Below, in pieces: positions 1 through 8,166 of a stretch of DNA of 64,000 bases. The stretch is from Polyangiaceae bacterium (GTDB taxonomy: Bacteria > Myxococcota_A > Polyangia > Polyangiales > Polyangiaceae). Below the pieces are notes generated by a model. The model searched no databases, had not been told where the DNA came from, and saw nothing but the letters and a program-made list of their open reading frames with translations. The stretch spans positions 94,393-158,392 of the forward strand of contig JAPSGB010000007.1 in assembly GCA_035063585.1 (NCBI GenBank), given 5' to 3'. A program made the translations under genes and the position numbers. How positions within the stretch are numbered: position 1 is the stretch's first letter; every line of letters starts with the position of its first letter.

Positions 1-2
1 GC

Positions 3-533
3 ATGAGCGTGGTGCTCGGCGAACCGAGCTACAGCTTGATGGTGGTATTGTCGAGCCTGGTCGGAGGAGCCGGCATAGGCTCGCTGCTCTCCGATCGGCT
101 GCCGCTCGACCGCGCGCCCTTCTGCTACCTCTATCCCGTCGCGCTCGCCTCGATGCTCGCGCTCCTCGCGCTCCTCTGGGGGGATCTCGCGCCCGTCGTC
201 GAAGCCGCGCCCACGGGCACCCGGCTCGCCTTCGCCGCCGCGGTGGACGGCGTCGTGGGGCTCGGCCTCGGAGTCGCCTTCCCGGCCGGGATGCGCCTGG
301 TCCGGGCCCACCACGACCCCGAGACGCCGTGGCTCTGGGGCGTGAACGGTGTGGGCAGCGTGCTCGCCTCGAGCGCCGCGGTGCTCATCGCCCTCGTGGG
401 CGGACTCACGGTGCTGCTCTTGGTCGCCGCGGGCGCTTACCTCCTGCTCGTGCCGGCCATCGCGGGCATCCGCCGCGGCGGGGCGGGCGATGGGGCGCCG
501 CGCGAGCCCGGGCGCGACGATAACGGTAAATAG
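3..533 (+). CDS. C-terminal part of an MFS-like/spermidine-synthase-like (SAM-dependent) membrane protein; 5' end lies outside the window
   Basis: SVVLGEPSYSLMVVL...GVAFPAGM...WLWGVNGVGSVLAS aligns by eye with the C-terminal TM halves of 8163-10607 (MFLGHQTYAL...GQPFPAGL...WSVGINFFASVLA) and 15639-18101 (VFLGHPTSTL...WLWSVNSGTSVLGS). Confidence 0.75.
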   Translation: MSVVLGEPSYSLMVVLSSLVGGAGIGSLLSDRLPLDRAPFCYLYPVALASMLALLALLWGDLAPVVEAAPTGTRLAFAAAVDGVVGLGLGVAFPAGMRLVRAHHDPETPWLWGVNGVGSVLASSAAVLIALVGGLTVLLLVAAGAYLLLVPAIAGIRRGGAGDGAPREPGRDDNGK

Positions 534-539
534 GATGCC

Positions 540-2720
540 TTAGTATTCGAAGCCGCTCCCGCCGATGAATTCGCGAAGGATCGAGGTGGGAGGCACGTGA
601 TCCGGATAGATGGTCACGAAGCGATCGAGGAGCTGGAGCAGTCGAAATGCCGTACCCCAGGCGGCGGTGTCTTGCGGCACCTCGAGCAGGTATCGCTCGG
701 CGAACACCTTCAGCACCCCGAGCTCGTAGAGCAAGGACGAGTCGAACACCGCGTCCGCGTTTCGTTGAAAGGGGAAGATGTGCTCGCGCTCGCCCTTGCG
801 GACGCTCGGCCAGCGCTGGATGTTGTCAGCCGCGCGCGACCCGCGCGTGTGACGATCCCGCACGATGCGGCGGATGAGCCGAACGTCCGAGGCGTGCACG
901 CGGGTGAGCGCATCGAACGGGAGCTGCGCCAGCGGACAGATGAAGATGCGGAACACTCGCTCCGGCTCGACCGTGCCGAGCAGGCGCGGGTTCAGTCCGT
1001 GGATCCCCTCGAGCATGAGCAGGTCGCGCGCCTCGAGCGCGAGCTCGTCGCCTCCCTCGGGGGAGCTCCGGCCGCTCTCGAAATCGTATCGCGCGGTGCG
1101 GACCCGCGCGCCGGAGAGGAGGCGCTCGAGGTGCTCGGCGAGGAGCTCGCTCCGGAGCGCGTCGAAGGACTCGTAGTCGTAGTCGCCGTCCGCGTCGCGC
1201 GGGTTCAGCTCGCGGTCGACGTAGTAGTCATCGAGCGACAGGCCGATCGGGTTCTTGCCGACGACCTGGAGCTGCACCCGGAGCCGCTTGATGAAGGTCG
1301 TCTTTCCGCTCGAGCTCGGGCCCGCGATGGTGATGACCTTCACCCGGTCACCGAGCTCGTGGATCCGGTCCGCGATGCGGCTGATGCGCTTCTCTTGAAA
1401 CCCCTCCGACACGCGGATGAGCTCGGCCACGTCACCGTCGATGCAGGCGGTGTTGAACGCGCCGACGCTGGTGACCCCGAGGGTGTCGAGCCAGAGCTCC
1501 TGAGCGGTGACCATGAGCGTCGTCTGACGTGAGATCGCACGCGCCGCCTCGGCGCCGGCGCTCACGCGCCCGGGCGCGGGCGGCGCCAGGCTCTCGCTCA
1601 CATACGGCGGAGGGTGGCGCGTGCTCGCGCGCGGCCCGTAGACGAGCAGGAGCCCGGAGTCGTCCGGGACCAACGCGAGCTCTGCGAGCGCGCCGGTCCG
1701 CGAGACCAGCGGGCTCAGGCTGATGGCGAAGACCTCGCCGTAGCTCGCGAGCGGGACCGCCGGATCGCGCCAGGTGGCGAGGAGGCGAACGGCGTCGCCC
1801 CAGCCGGCCGCCTCGAAGTGCTCGCGAGCCTCATCGACCGTCCACCACTCCTCGCTGAGCGGTCGATCACTGTCGACCAGCTCGTGCATCGCCTGCTCGA
1901 GGGCGCGCGCGAGCTCGACGAGCTCGAGGCCGCTCGACTGCGCCAGCTCGACCTTCTGCGCGAACCCGACCGACGCGCCGAGCCGCAGGCGAAGCGTCGG
2001 CTCCACCCGCCGCGCCGCCTCGAGCAGGAGGAGCCCCAGGCTCTGGCGATAGACGCGCTGCCCCTCCCAGTGCGCCGTGGTGAGCGGCTCGAGGCGGCAG
2101 TCGCTCGAGAGCGGGGTCGAGAGCGAGGCCGCCTTCAGATCGACGAGCGCGGCGACCACCGGGCTGCCCTCGACCGAAGAGGGCAGGAGCGTGCCCGCCC
2201 GCGTGCCCATGTGCACGCGCCGCGTCTCGCCCCCGAGCCGCACCGCGATCATCGAGCGACGCGGGAGCGAGCGCTCCGAGAGCAAGGTGGTCATGCCCTC
2301 GGTCACCTCGACCAACCGATCGGCGACGCTCCCGAGGAGCGCCTGCAGGAGCTCGAGCGCGAGCTCCGGCGCGCCGGCGGAGAGCTCCATGTACCGCTCC
2401 ACCGACAGGCGCCCGAGCTCGAGCTCGGACTCGGCGATGATGCTCGCGGCTCGCGGCCGCTTCGCGATGAGCGCGAGCTCGCCAAAGTGATCTCCGCGGT
2501 GCACACCGCCGATCCGCACGTCGCCGCGGACGAGCCGCCCATGACCGGACACCACGAAGTACATCGCCCGATCGCTCGCGCCCTCGGATACGATCGCGTC
2601 GCCGCGCGGAACGGTTACGGGCTCGAGCAGCGCGGCGAGCGCGGCACGGCCGGCCGCGGTGAGCCCGGCGAGCGACGGGCTGTCTTCGAGGGCCGCGGCG
2701 AGCTCGGAGGCGGTGGACAT
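540..2720 (-). CDS. cNMP-binding domain + TGS/ThrRS-N-terminal-like region + uridine kinase/phosphoribulokinase-family P-loop kinase
   Basis: N-terminal MYFVVSG...GDHFGELALIAKRPRAAS (cNMP cassette). C-terminal IAGPSSSGKTTF Walker A, LSLDDYYVDRE, LEGIHGLNP, RRIVRD, WPSVRKGE..IFPFQ, ending REFIGGSGFEY, typical of ThrRS-like-fused nucleoside kinases. Confidence 0.85.
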   Translation of the reverse strand: MSTASELAAALEDSPSLAGLTAAGRAALAALLEPVTVPRGDAIVSEGASDRAMYFVVSGHGRLVRGDVRIGGVHRGDHFGELALIAKRPRAASIIAESELELGRLSVERYMELSAGAPELALELLQALLGSVADRLVEVTEGMTTLLSERSLPRRSMIAVRLGGETRRVHMGTRAGTLLPSSVEGSPVVAALVDLKAASLSTPLSSDCRLEPLTTAHWEGQRVYRQSLGLLLLEAARRVEPTLRLRLGASVGFAQKVELAQSSGLELVELARALEQAMHELVDSDRPLSEEWWTVDEAREHFEAAGWGDAVRLLATWRDPAVPLASYGEVFAISLSPLVSRTGALAELALVPDDSGLLLVYGPRASTRHPPPYVSESLAPPAPGRVSAGAEAARAISRQTTLMVTAQELWLDTLGVTSVGAFNTACIDGDVAELIRVSEGFQEKRISRIADRIHELGDRVKVITIAGPSSSGKTTFIKRLRVQLQVVGKNPIGLSLDDYYVDRELNPRDADGDYDYESFDALRSELLAEHLERLLSGARVRTARYDFESGRSSPEGGDELALEARDLLMLEGIHGLNPRLLGTVEPERVFRIFICPLAQLPFDALTRVHASDVRLIRRIVRDRHTRGSRAADNIQRWPSVRKGEREHIFPFQRNADAVFDSSLLYELGVLKVFAERYLLEVPQDTAAWGTAFRLLQLLDRFVTIYPDHVPPTSILREFIGGSGFEY

Positions 2721-2768
2721 GATTGCCGTCGACCTAGCCTCGGCTCGAGCGCCGGGTCAACCGGGCGT

Positions 2769-4649
2769 TCACCGGCGAGGGGGTCCGTCGCGCACCCAGA
2801 TCTGGAGGGTCGCCTGCCCGCCGAGGAAGCGGGTCGCGAGGCTCCGGTCGAGCCGGTAGCGCCCGGGCAGGAGCCTACGCTCCACGAAGCCGATGAGCTG
2901 TTCCGCTCCGCTATCGCGGCTCCAGATGCGGAAAATTCGCTGCCAGGCCGCTGGTTCGGCCGGGTGGAGCACGATGACCTCGGGTGGCTCCGCGATGAGG
3001 GTCGCCTCGTCGCCGGCGACGAGCCGGCGCGGATACTGGTCGACGAACACGATGGCGCCGCGGAGGGCGGGTCGCGGCCGACCGATGAGCGCCGCGAGGT
3101 TCACGTCCTCGGGTAGCACCAGCACGGTGCCGTCGGGGCCCGCGAGCTCACGGACCCGGAGCGCTACGCGGACCATGTCCGCTCCCCGCGGCGACACCTG
3201 GAGCCCGGCCCAGTAACCATGCCCTCCCACCGGCGTGCGCGCTACGAGCGCCCGGGCGAGCTTGTTGCCAAATAGCGCGCTCATCCCGACTGCCACAGCG
3301 AGCGCGAGCGCCCACCCGAGCCGCGCGCGCCGGAGCGCCACCAGCACCATGAGCCAAGACAGGGGGATCACCGGGTTGTTGTCGTAGAAGGCGCGCAGCT
3401 CGGGCGCCGAGGTGTTGTGCAGGAGCGAGATCCCGAGCGCCGCCAGGGTCACCGCACCGAGCGCGTGCCCGGAGCGGAGCGCGCCCTCGCCGACGCCCTC
3501 GGCGGCGCGCCGCGAGTGGGCCACCAAGCTCACCGCGGCGAGCGCGAGCCCCACCGAGGGGAGGAGCCGCGCGGTGTCGAACACGCGGACGAGCTCCGGC
3601 GACAACACCGCCCCCGGCGCTCGGAGGAGGAGCGCTGCCCCGGCGAGCGGCACCGCGATGGCGACCGCGAGCCCGAGCACACGCGGCCGGTCGAGCGGTG
3701 CCCCGCGCCGGGCCTCGTCCCCGAGCTGGAGCCGACCTTCGAACCGCGCGACACGCGAGCCCACCCAGACTACCGCCACGAGCGAGACGAGCGTCGCCGG
3801 AAACGTCGTGTCCACCACCACATAGTCGAAGAGGTTGTCGAGCAACGACGCCGTGCCTCCCTTGAGGTCGGGTCCGTCGGCGAACACCGCCTGGAAGAAG
3901 GCGCCGAGGCTGCTCCCGAGCGAGAGGACGAGGAGCGCGACTGCGGACGCCCCGACCAGGAGCCCGGCGGCGAACGCGCCCGCGTCCCGGAGGACGCGCC
4001 GCGCAGACTCGCGCCGCCCCGACACCCCCTCCCCCCAGCCGCGATCCAACACGCCGAGATAGGCGAGCGCGAGGCCGCCGCCAGCGACCGCGCCGAGGCC
4101 GGTGCTCTGCTTGAACGCGAACACCAGCCCCGAGAGCGCGCCCGTCGCGAGCCACCACGCGCGGCGCCGCCCGGGTTCGGCCGCCAGCGCAGCGCGTGCG
4201 AGCGCGGCGACCGCGCCCCAAGCGACCACCTGCGCGGTGTGATCGTAGGCGCATTCCTTGTTGAACACGACCACCGAGATTAGGCTGAGCGACGCCACCG
4301 CGAGCGCGAGGGCGCGCGAGGCGAACTTCACGGCGATGGCATACGCCGCGAGCGCCATGCCGAGATGACAGGCAGCGTTCAACCAGAGCTCATGCAGGAG
4401 CAGCGGCCGCCCGGCGAGCTTGGCGACCAGCGCGAGGATGGCGAAGCTGCCGGGCGGGATCGGCAGTACGAAGTCCACGTAGGGTCGCTCTCCGGCCGCG
4501 AGACGCGCGCCGATGGGCCCGCTCCAGCCCGTGAACTCGACGTCCCCGTACGAGCTATTGACGAGGTGCGGGACGAGCGCCGCGACATAAGCCAAGAACC
4601 ACGCAGCGAGCCACGCGAGCAGGAAGAACGCGAGGCGCCGCTCCTTCAT
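2769..4649 (-). CDS. Multi-pass membrane protein, putative GT-C fold (ArnT/PMT-like) glycosyltransferase
   Basis: About 13 hydrophobic segments, an acidic first loop (GDVE...GERPYVDFVLPIPPG), FKQSTG and a soluble C-terminal domain. ATG at 4649 overlaps the upstream stop (ATGA). Confidence 0.6.
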   Translation of the reverse strand: MKERRLAFFLLAWLAAWFLAYVAALVPHLVNSSYGDVEFTGWSGPIGARLAAGERPYVDFVLPIPPGSFAILALVAKLAGRPLLLHELWLNAACHLGMALAAYAIAVKFASRALALAVASLSLISVVVFNKECAYDHTAQVVAWGAVAALARAALAAEPGRRRAWWLATGALSGLVFAFKQSTGLGAVAGGGLALAYLGVLDRGWGEGVSGRRESARRVLRDAGAFAAGLLVGASAVALLVLSLGSSLGAFFQAVFADGPDLKGGTASLLDNLFDYVVVDTTFPATLVSLVAVVWVGSRVARFEGRLQLGDEARRGAPLDRPRVLGLAVAIAVPLAGAALLLRAPGAVLSPELVRVFDTARLLPSVGLALAAVSLVAHSRRAAEGVGEGALRSGHALGAVTLAALGISLLHNTSAPELRAFYDNNPVIPLSWLMVLVALRRARLGWALALAVAVGMSALFGNKLARALVARTPVGGHGYWAGLQVSPRGADMVRVALRVRELAGPDGTVLVLPEDVNLAALIGRPRPALRGAIVFVDQYPRRLVAGDEATLIAEPPEVIVLHPAEPAAWQRIFRIWSRDSGAEQLIGFVERRLLPGRYRLDRSLATRFLGGQATLQIWVRDGPPRR

Positions 4650-6415
4650 CGTCGCACCCACACCTCGATGAGGCCCTGATCGAAGAAGTAGAGGCAGCGG
4701 AAGCTCGCGTCACGGCGGTACCGACCCGAGCCCAGCTCGCGGTCGACCGCCTCGACCAGGCGCGCGGCAGGCGCCTCGTCGCCGACCGCACCGAACACTC
4801 GTCGCCAGAGCTCGCCGTTTCGAGCCATCCTCACGATGATCCGCGGCGGATGGTCGCGGAGCGCCCGGAGATCACCCTCGACGAGGCGCGCTGGGTAGGC
4901 CCCGGCGAACACCAGCCCCCCGCGCAGCGGCGGCGCGGGCCGGCCGATGAGCGCGCCGAGCTCCGGATCACCCGGCATGATGAGCACCGTCTCGCCGGGC
5001 GGCGCAAGCTCTCGCACGCGCTGCGCCAGCCGGATCAGCTCCGCGCCGCGCACGCTCACGTGGAGTCCGTCGAAGTACGGCGCCCCGTTCGCGCGCGCCG
5101 AGGCGAGGGCCGCGCGCTCGTAACCGAGCCCGAACAGGGCGCTGAGCGCGCCGACGAGCGCAGCGGTCTGGGCGCCGCGGACGGCGGCGCGCTCGAGCGC
5201 GACGAACAGCGCGAGGAGCGCGACCGGGATGAGCGGCCCGTCGAGCGCCGTCGGTGGTGCGGCAGGCTCGGCGAGGCCGCGAGCGACCCCGACCGCGACG
5301 CTCACGAGCGCGAGGGTGCGCCACACGCAGCGCGCCGGGCCACGCGCGGCGAACGCAAAGAGCAGCGCCAGCACGAACCCAAGCCCGACCAGGTTCCGAA
5401 GCGCGTCGGCCCCGCTCATGAGCGCGCGTGGCAGCTGGCTGCCCCGGAGCACGCCGAGCGCCGCCGCGGCGAACATGGCCGCCGCGAGCGCGGCCACCAC
5501 CGCGAGCCCGTCAGGCCGCGTCTCCGAGGGCTCACCCGGGTCGAGTGAACCGCGCCTCCGCGCGACCCTGAGGGCCAGCGCGGCGAGCAGCGCCACCACC
5601 GCGAGCGAGGCCGAGAGCGCGCGCGCGCCGACCGCGCTGCTCGCCGCACGACCGAGAACGCCAAACCAACCTCCGAGGAGCTCCCAGCCGTCGACCACCA
5701 CCGCGCGCACGGCGGCCACCGGATGCGCGCCGATGGCGAGCGCCACCCCGGTGAGCGACCCGAGACCGCCGAGCACACCGAGCCCCCACGAGCGACGCGC
5801 GCTCCCTTTGCCGAAGCGCGCGAGCGCGATGAGCCAGCCCGCGAGCGCGCCTGCCCCGGTCGCGGTGTGGAAGCCGAGGGCTGCGGCTGCCAACCAGCCG
5901 GCCGCCAGGAACCCGCGCCGGGCGGCCGGCTCCGGCGCGAGAAACGCCCGCGCCCCCATCGCGAGGCTGACCATGACGAGGAGCGCGGCGAGCGGCTCGT
6001 CGGCGGACTCGCGGGTGAGCCCGACCGTCAGGGCGAGCGTACTCGCGAAGACCAGGAGCCCGGTCCGGCGAGTATCGAGCTGCTCCGCGAGACGCGCGGC
6101 GACCAGCGCGGTGCCGAGCCGCGCGAGCGTCACTACCGCCAGCTCCGCCGCGAGGACTGGGCGACCAACCATCCGCTCGATGAGCCCCATGACGAAGATG
6201 GCGCCCGGCGGCATGGTGACCACGACGTCTTGGTAGAGACGCGCGCCGCCCGCGAGGCGCGCGGCGAACGCGCCCGCCCAGCCGGCGCGATCGACGTCGC
6301 CCATCAGGTCACTATGGACGCGAGGCACGACGACCAGCGCGTAGCCGACGAATGCCGCCGTCACGAGCGCATACGCGAATCGGGGACGGAGCTCCACGCG
6401 GTGTGGCGTGCTCAT
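4646..6415 (-). CDS. Multi-pass membrane protein, divergent paralog of 2769-4649 (GT-C-like)
   Basis: Shares GDV..GW.G..ARLA.G.R.Y.D.V...PPG and TVL..P.D..L.ALIGRP.P.LRG..VF...YP.RLV.GD with its neighbour. ATG at 6415 overlaps the upstream stop (ATGA). Confidence 0.6.
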   Translation of the reverse strand: MSTPHRVELRPRFAYALVTAAFVGYALVVVPRVHSDLMGDVDRAGWAGAFAARLAGGARLYQDVVVTMPPGAIFVMGLIERMVGRPVLAAELAVVTLARLGTALVAARLAEQLDTRRTGLLVFASTLALTVGLTRESADEPLAALLVMVSLAMGARAFLAPEPAARRGFLAAGWLAAAALGFHTATGAGALAGWLIALARFGKGSARRSWGLGVLGGLGSLTGVALAIGAHPVAAVRAVVVDGWELLGGWFGVLGRAASSAVGARALSASLAVVALLAALALRVARRRGSLDPGEPSETRPDGLAVVAALAAAMFAAAALGVLRGSQLPRALMSGADALRNLVGLGFVLALLFAFAARGPARCVWRTLALVSVAVGVARGLAEPAAPPTALDGPLIPVALLALFVALERAAVRGAQTAALVGALSALFGLGYERAALASARANGAPYFDGLHVSVRGAELIRLAQRVRELAPPGETVLIMPGDPELGALIGRPAPPLRGGLVFAGAYPARLVEGDLRALRDHPPRIIVRMARNGELWRRVFGAVGDEAPAARLVEAVDRELGSGRYRRDASFRCLYFFDQGLIEVWVRR

Positions 6416-8166
6416 CGCGCCTTCACGATCAGGGTCTGCCCGGGCGCCGGGGGAGCCACCCGCTCGTATTGCCCGGCGCGCCAGCGAGCGAACACGAGAC
6501 GGCCGCCGGAGACGGGCCAATTGAAGTGAAAGCGCGCCGCGACCGGCCGCCCCGCGTGGTCGATCTCGGTCACGGTGATGAGCGCGGCTGGTGCGTTCGT
6601 CGTCTCTCCGACCCGCATCGGGTGGCTCGCGTCGCGGTAGATGCGATTGAACGGCTCGGCGAGGAAGCTCCCGGCGACGCGCACGTCCAGCGTGTCGTCG
6701 GTCACGCCGGTGACGCTGACCGGAGCCAGCGTCCCCGTGACGATGAGGGTCGGGGCTGGCGAGTGCCCGCTCGAGATGCGGGTGAGCAGCATCATGGTGG
6801 CGAAGTAGAAATCGGGCGCGTCGAGCACGACCAAGGTGTTCCGCTGGGTCGGCGCGAGCGCGTAAGCAGACTCGCGCGCACGGGCCAGCCGCGCCTCGTA
6901 GCGCGCCATGGTCAGGCTGCGGAACGGCAGGAGCAGCGGCGCCGCGACCAGATGCACCACGAGGAGTAACCCGGCGACGGCTCGCGCGGCGCGCCGAGCG
7001 CCGGAGGCCCCATCGCTCGAGGCGCTGAAGGCGACCTCGCTGAAGCGCGCGACCAGCGCGAGCGCCCCGGCCCCGGTGAGCAGCAGCAACCGATCCTCAG
7101 GAAAAGCCGCGATCACCGGCAAGGCCGACAGCGCCGTGCCGAGGGCCCAGAAGCGCGCGACTCGATCGCGACCGAGCGTGGCGGCCATCGCGACGACGAT
7201 CACGATGAGCACCGCCAGCGAGGCGATTGCGACGAGAGAGAGCGAGGTGGTCTCGCTATAGAGATCTGCCGGCGGCCCGCCGAAGGCGCTCGCGAGGAGC
7301 ACCACGACCCGCGCGGCGCCCGCGGTGACGAAGTCGCCCGGCGCGTGGAGCGGATCGAGATAGAGCCCGGAGCCGCTGACCCCATGTCCGAGCGCGTGGT
7401 ACCCGAGCGCCCAGGCGGCGACCACGACGAGCCACGGGAGGCTGGCGGCGAGGCGGCGAGGCCGCGAAGCGCGGTCGATGAACACCGCGTGCGCGACGAG
7501 GTACCCGACGGCGCCGAGCGCCAGCTCCGAGCCGAGGAGCCCGAGTCCGAGCGCGCTCGGCGCGAGCCACGCGCCCGCCCGCCACCCATCACGCCGCCAG
7601 CGGTCGTGAGCAGCGATCGCGAGGAGCGAGAGGCTCGCGCCGATGAGCGCGTTTCGGTTCGAGATCCACCCAACCGGGTGCCCATGCGCGTCATCGACCG
7701 CATAAAGTAGCGTCGCGAGGCCCGCGACCCAGGCGCGCGCCAAGAGGCGGCGGTAGAGGAGCCCAGCGGCGAGGATCGTGAGCCCGTACCAGAGCACGTT
7801 CTGCAGGTGCATCAGCGCGGGCCGGTTCGGATACAGGGAGAACTCGAGGCGGTGCGTGAGCGAGGCGAGCGGTCTAAAGAACGACACGCTGAACGCCTCC
7901 GAGGTGACCCACGGCGTGAGCCCGCGCTGGCGCTGCCCCCGCACTCGCTCGCGGATCGCCCTCTCTGGCAGCCGGCCATCCCCACCCCACAGGTTGAAAT
8001 TTTCGAGGCTCACCGGCGTCGCGCGAGCGACGTCTCGGAACACCCAGTCCTCGGTCTGGAACCCGCCCGGGATCGACGGCGCGACGAGCAGGATGCCGAG
8101 AACCGCTGCCACGAGCGTGAAGCGTCGCATCGCGAGCGCGCGCCCGAGCGAGGCGAGCCGAGTCAC
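6412..8166 (-). CDS. Multi-pass membrane protein, TMTC/PMT-like GT-C fold with C-terminal soluble beta domain
   Basis: GFQTEDW acidic motif after TM1, FFRPLASL, VGWISNRNAL, EDRLLLL. GTG at 8166 overlaps the upstream stop (GTGA); alternative ATG at 8130. Paralog of 13868-15661. Confidence 0.6.
   Translation of the reverse strand: MTRLASLGRALAMRRFTLVAAVLGILLVAPSIPGGFQTEDWVFRDVARATPVSLENFNLWGGDGRLPERAIRERVRGQRQRGLTPWVTSEAFSVSFFRPLASLTHRLEFSLYPNRPALMHLQNVLWYGLTILAAGLLYRRLLARAWVAGLATLLYAVDDAHGHPVGWISNRNALIGASLSLLAIAAHDRWRRDGWRAGAWLAPSALGLGLLGSELALGAVGYLVAHAVFIDRASRPRRLAASLPWLVVVAAWALGYHALGHGVSGSGLYLDPLHAPGDFVTAGAARVVVLLASAFGGPPADLYSETTSLSLVAIASLAVLIVIVVAMAATLGRDRVARFWALGTALSALPVIAAFPEDRLLLLTGAGALALVARFSEVAFSASSDGASGARRAARAVAGLLLVVHLVAAPLLLPFRSLTMARYEARLARARESAYALAPTQRNTLVVLDAPDFYFATMMLLTRISSGHSPAPTLIVTGTLAPVSVTGVTDDTLDVRVAGSFLAEPFNRIYRDASHPMRVGETTNAPAALITVTEIDHAGRPVAARFHFNWPVSGGRLVFARWRAGQYERVAPPAPGQTLIVKAR

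Noticed and set aside
540..2720. Pycsar/CBASS-type defence system suggested by the cNMP domains (also 52400-52882)
   Set aside because: No nucleotide cyclase, CD-NTase, TIR or other defence gene in the window
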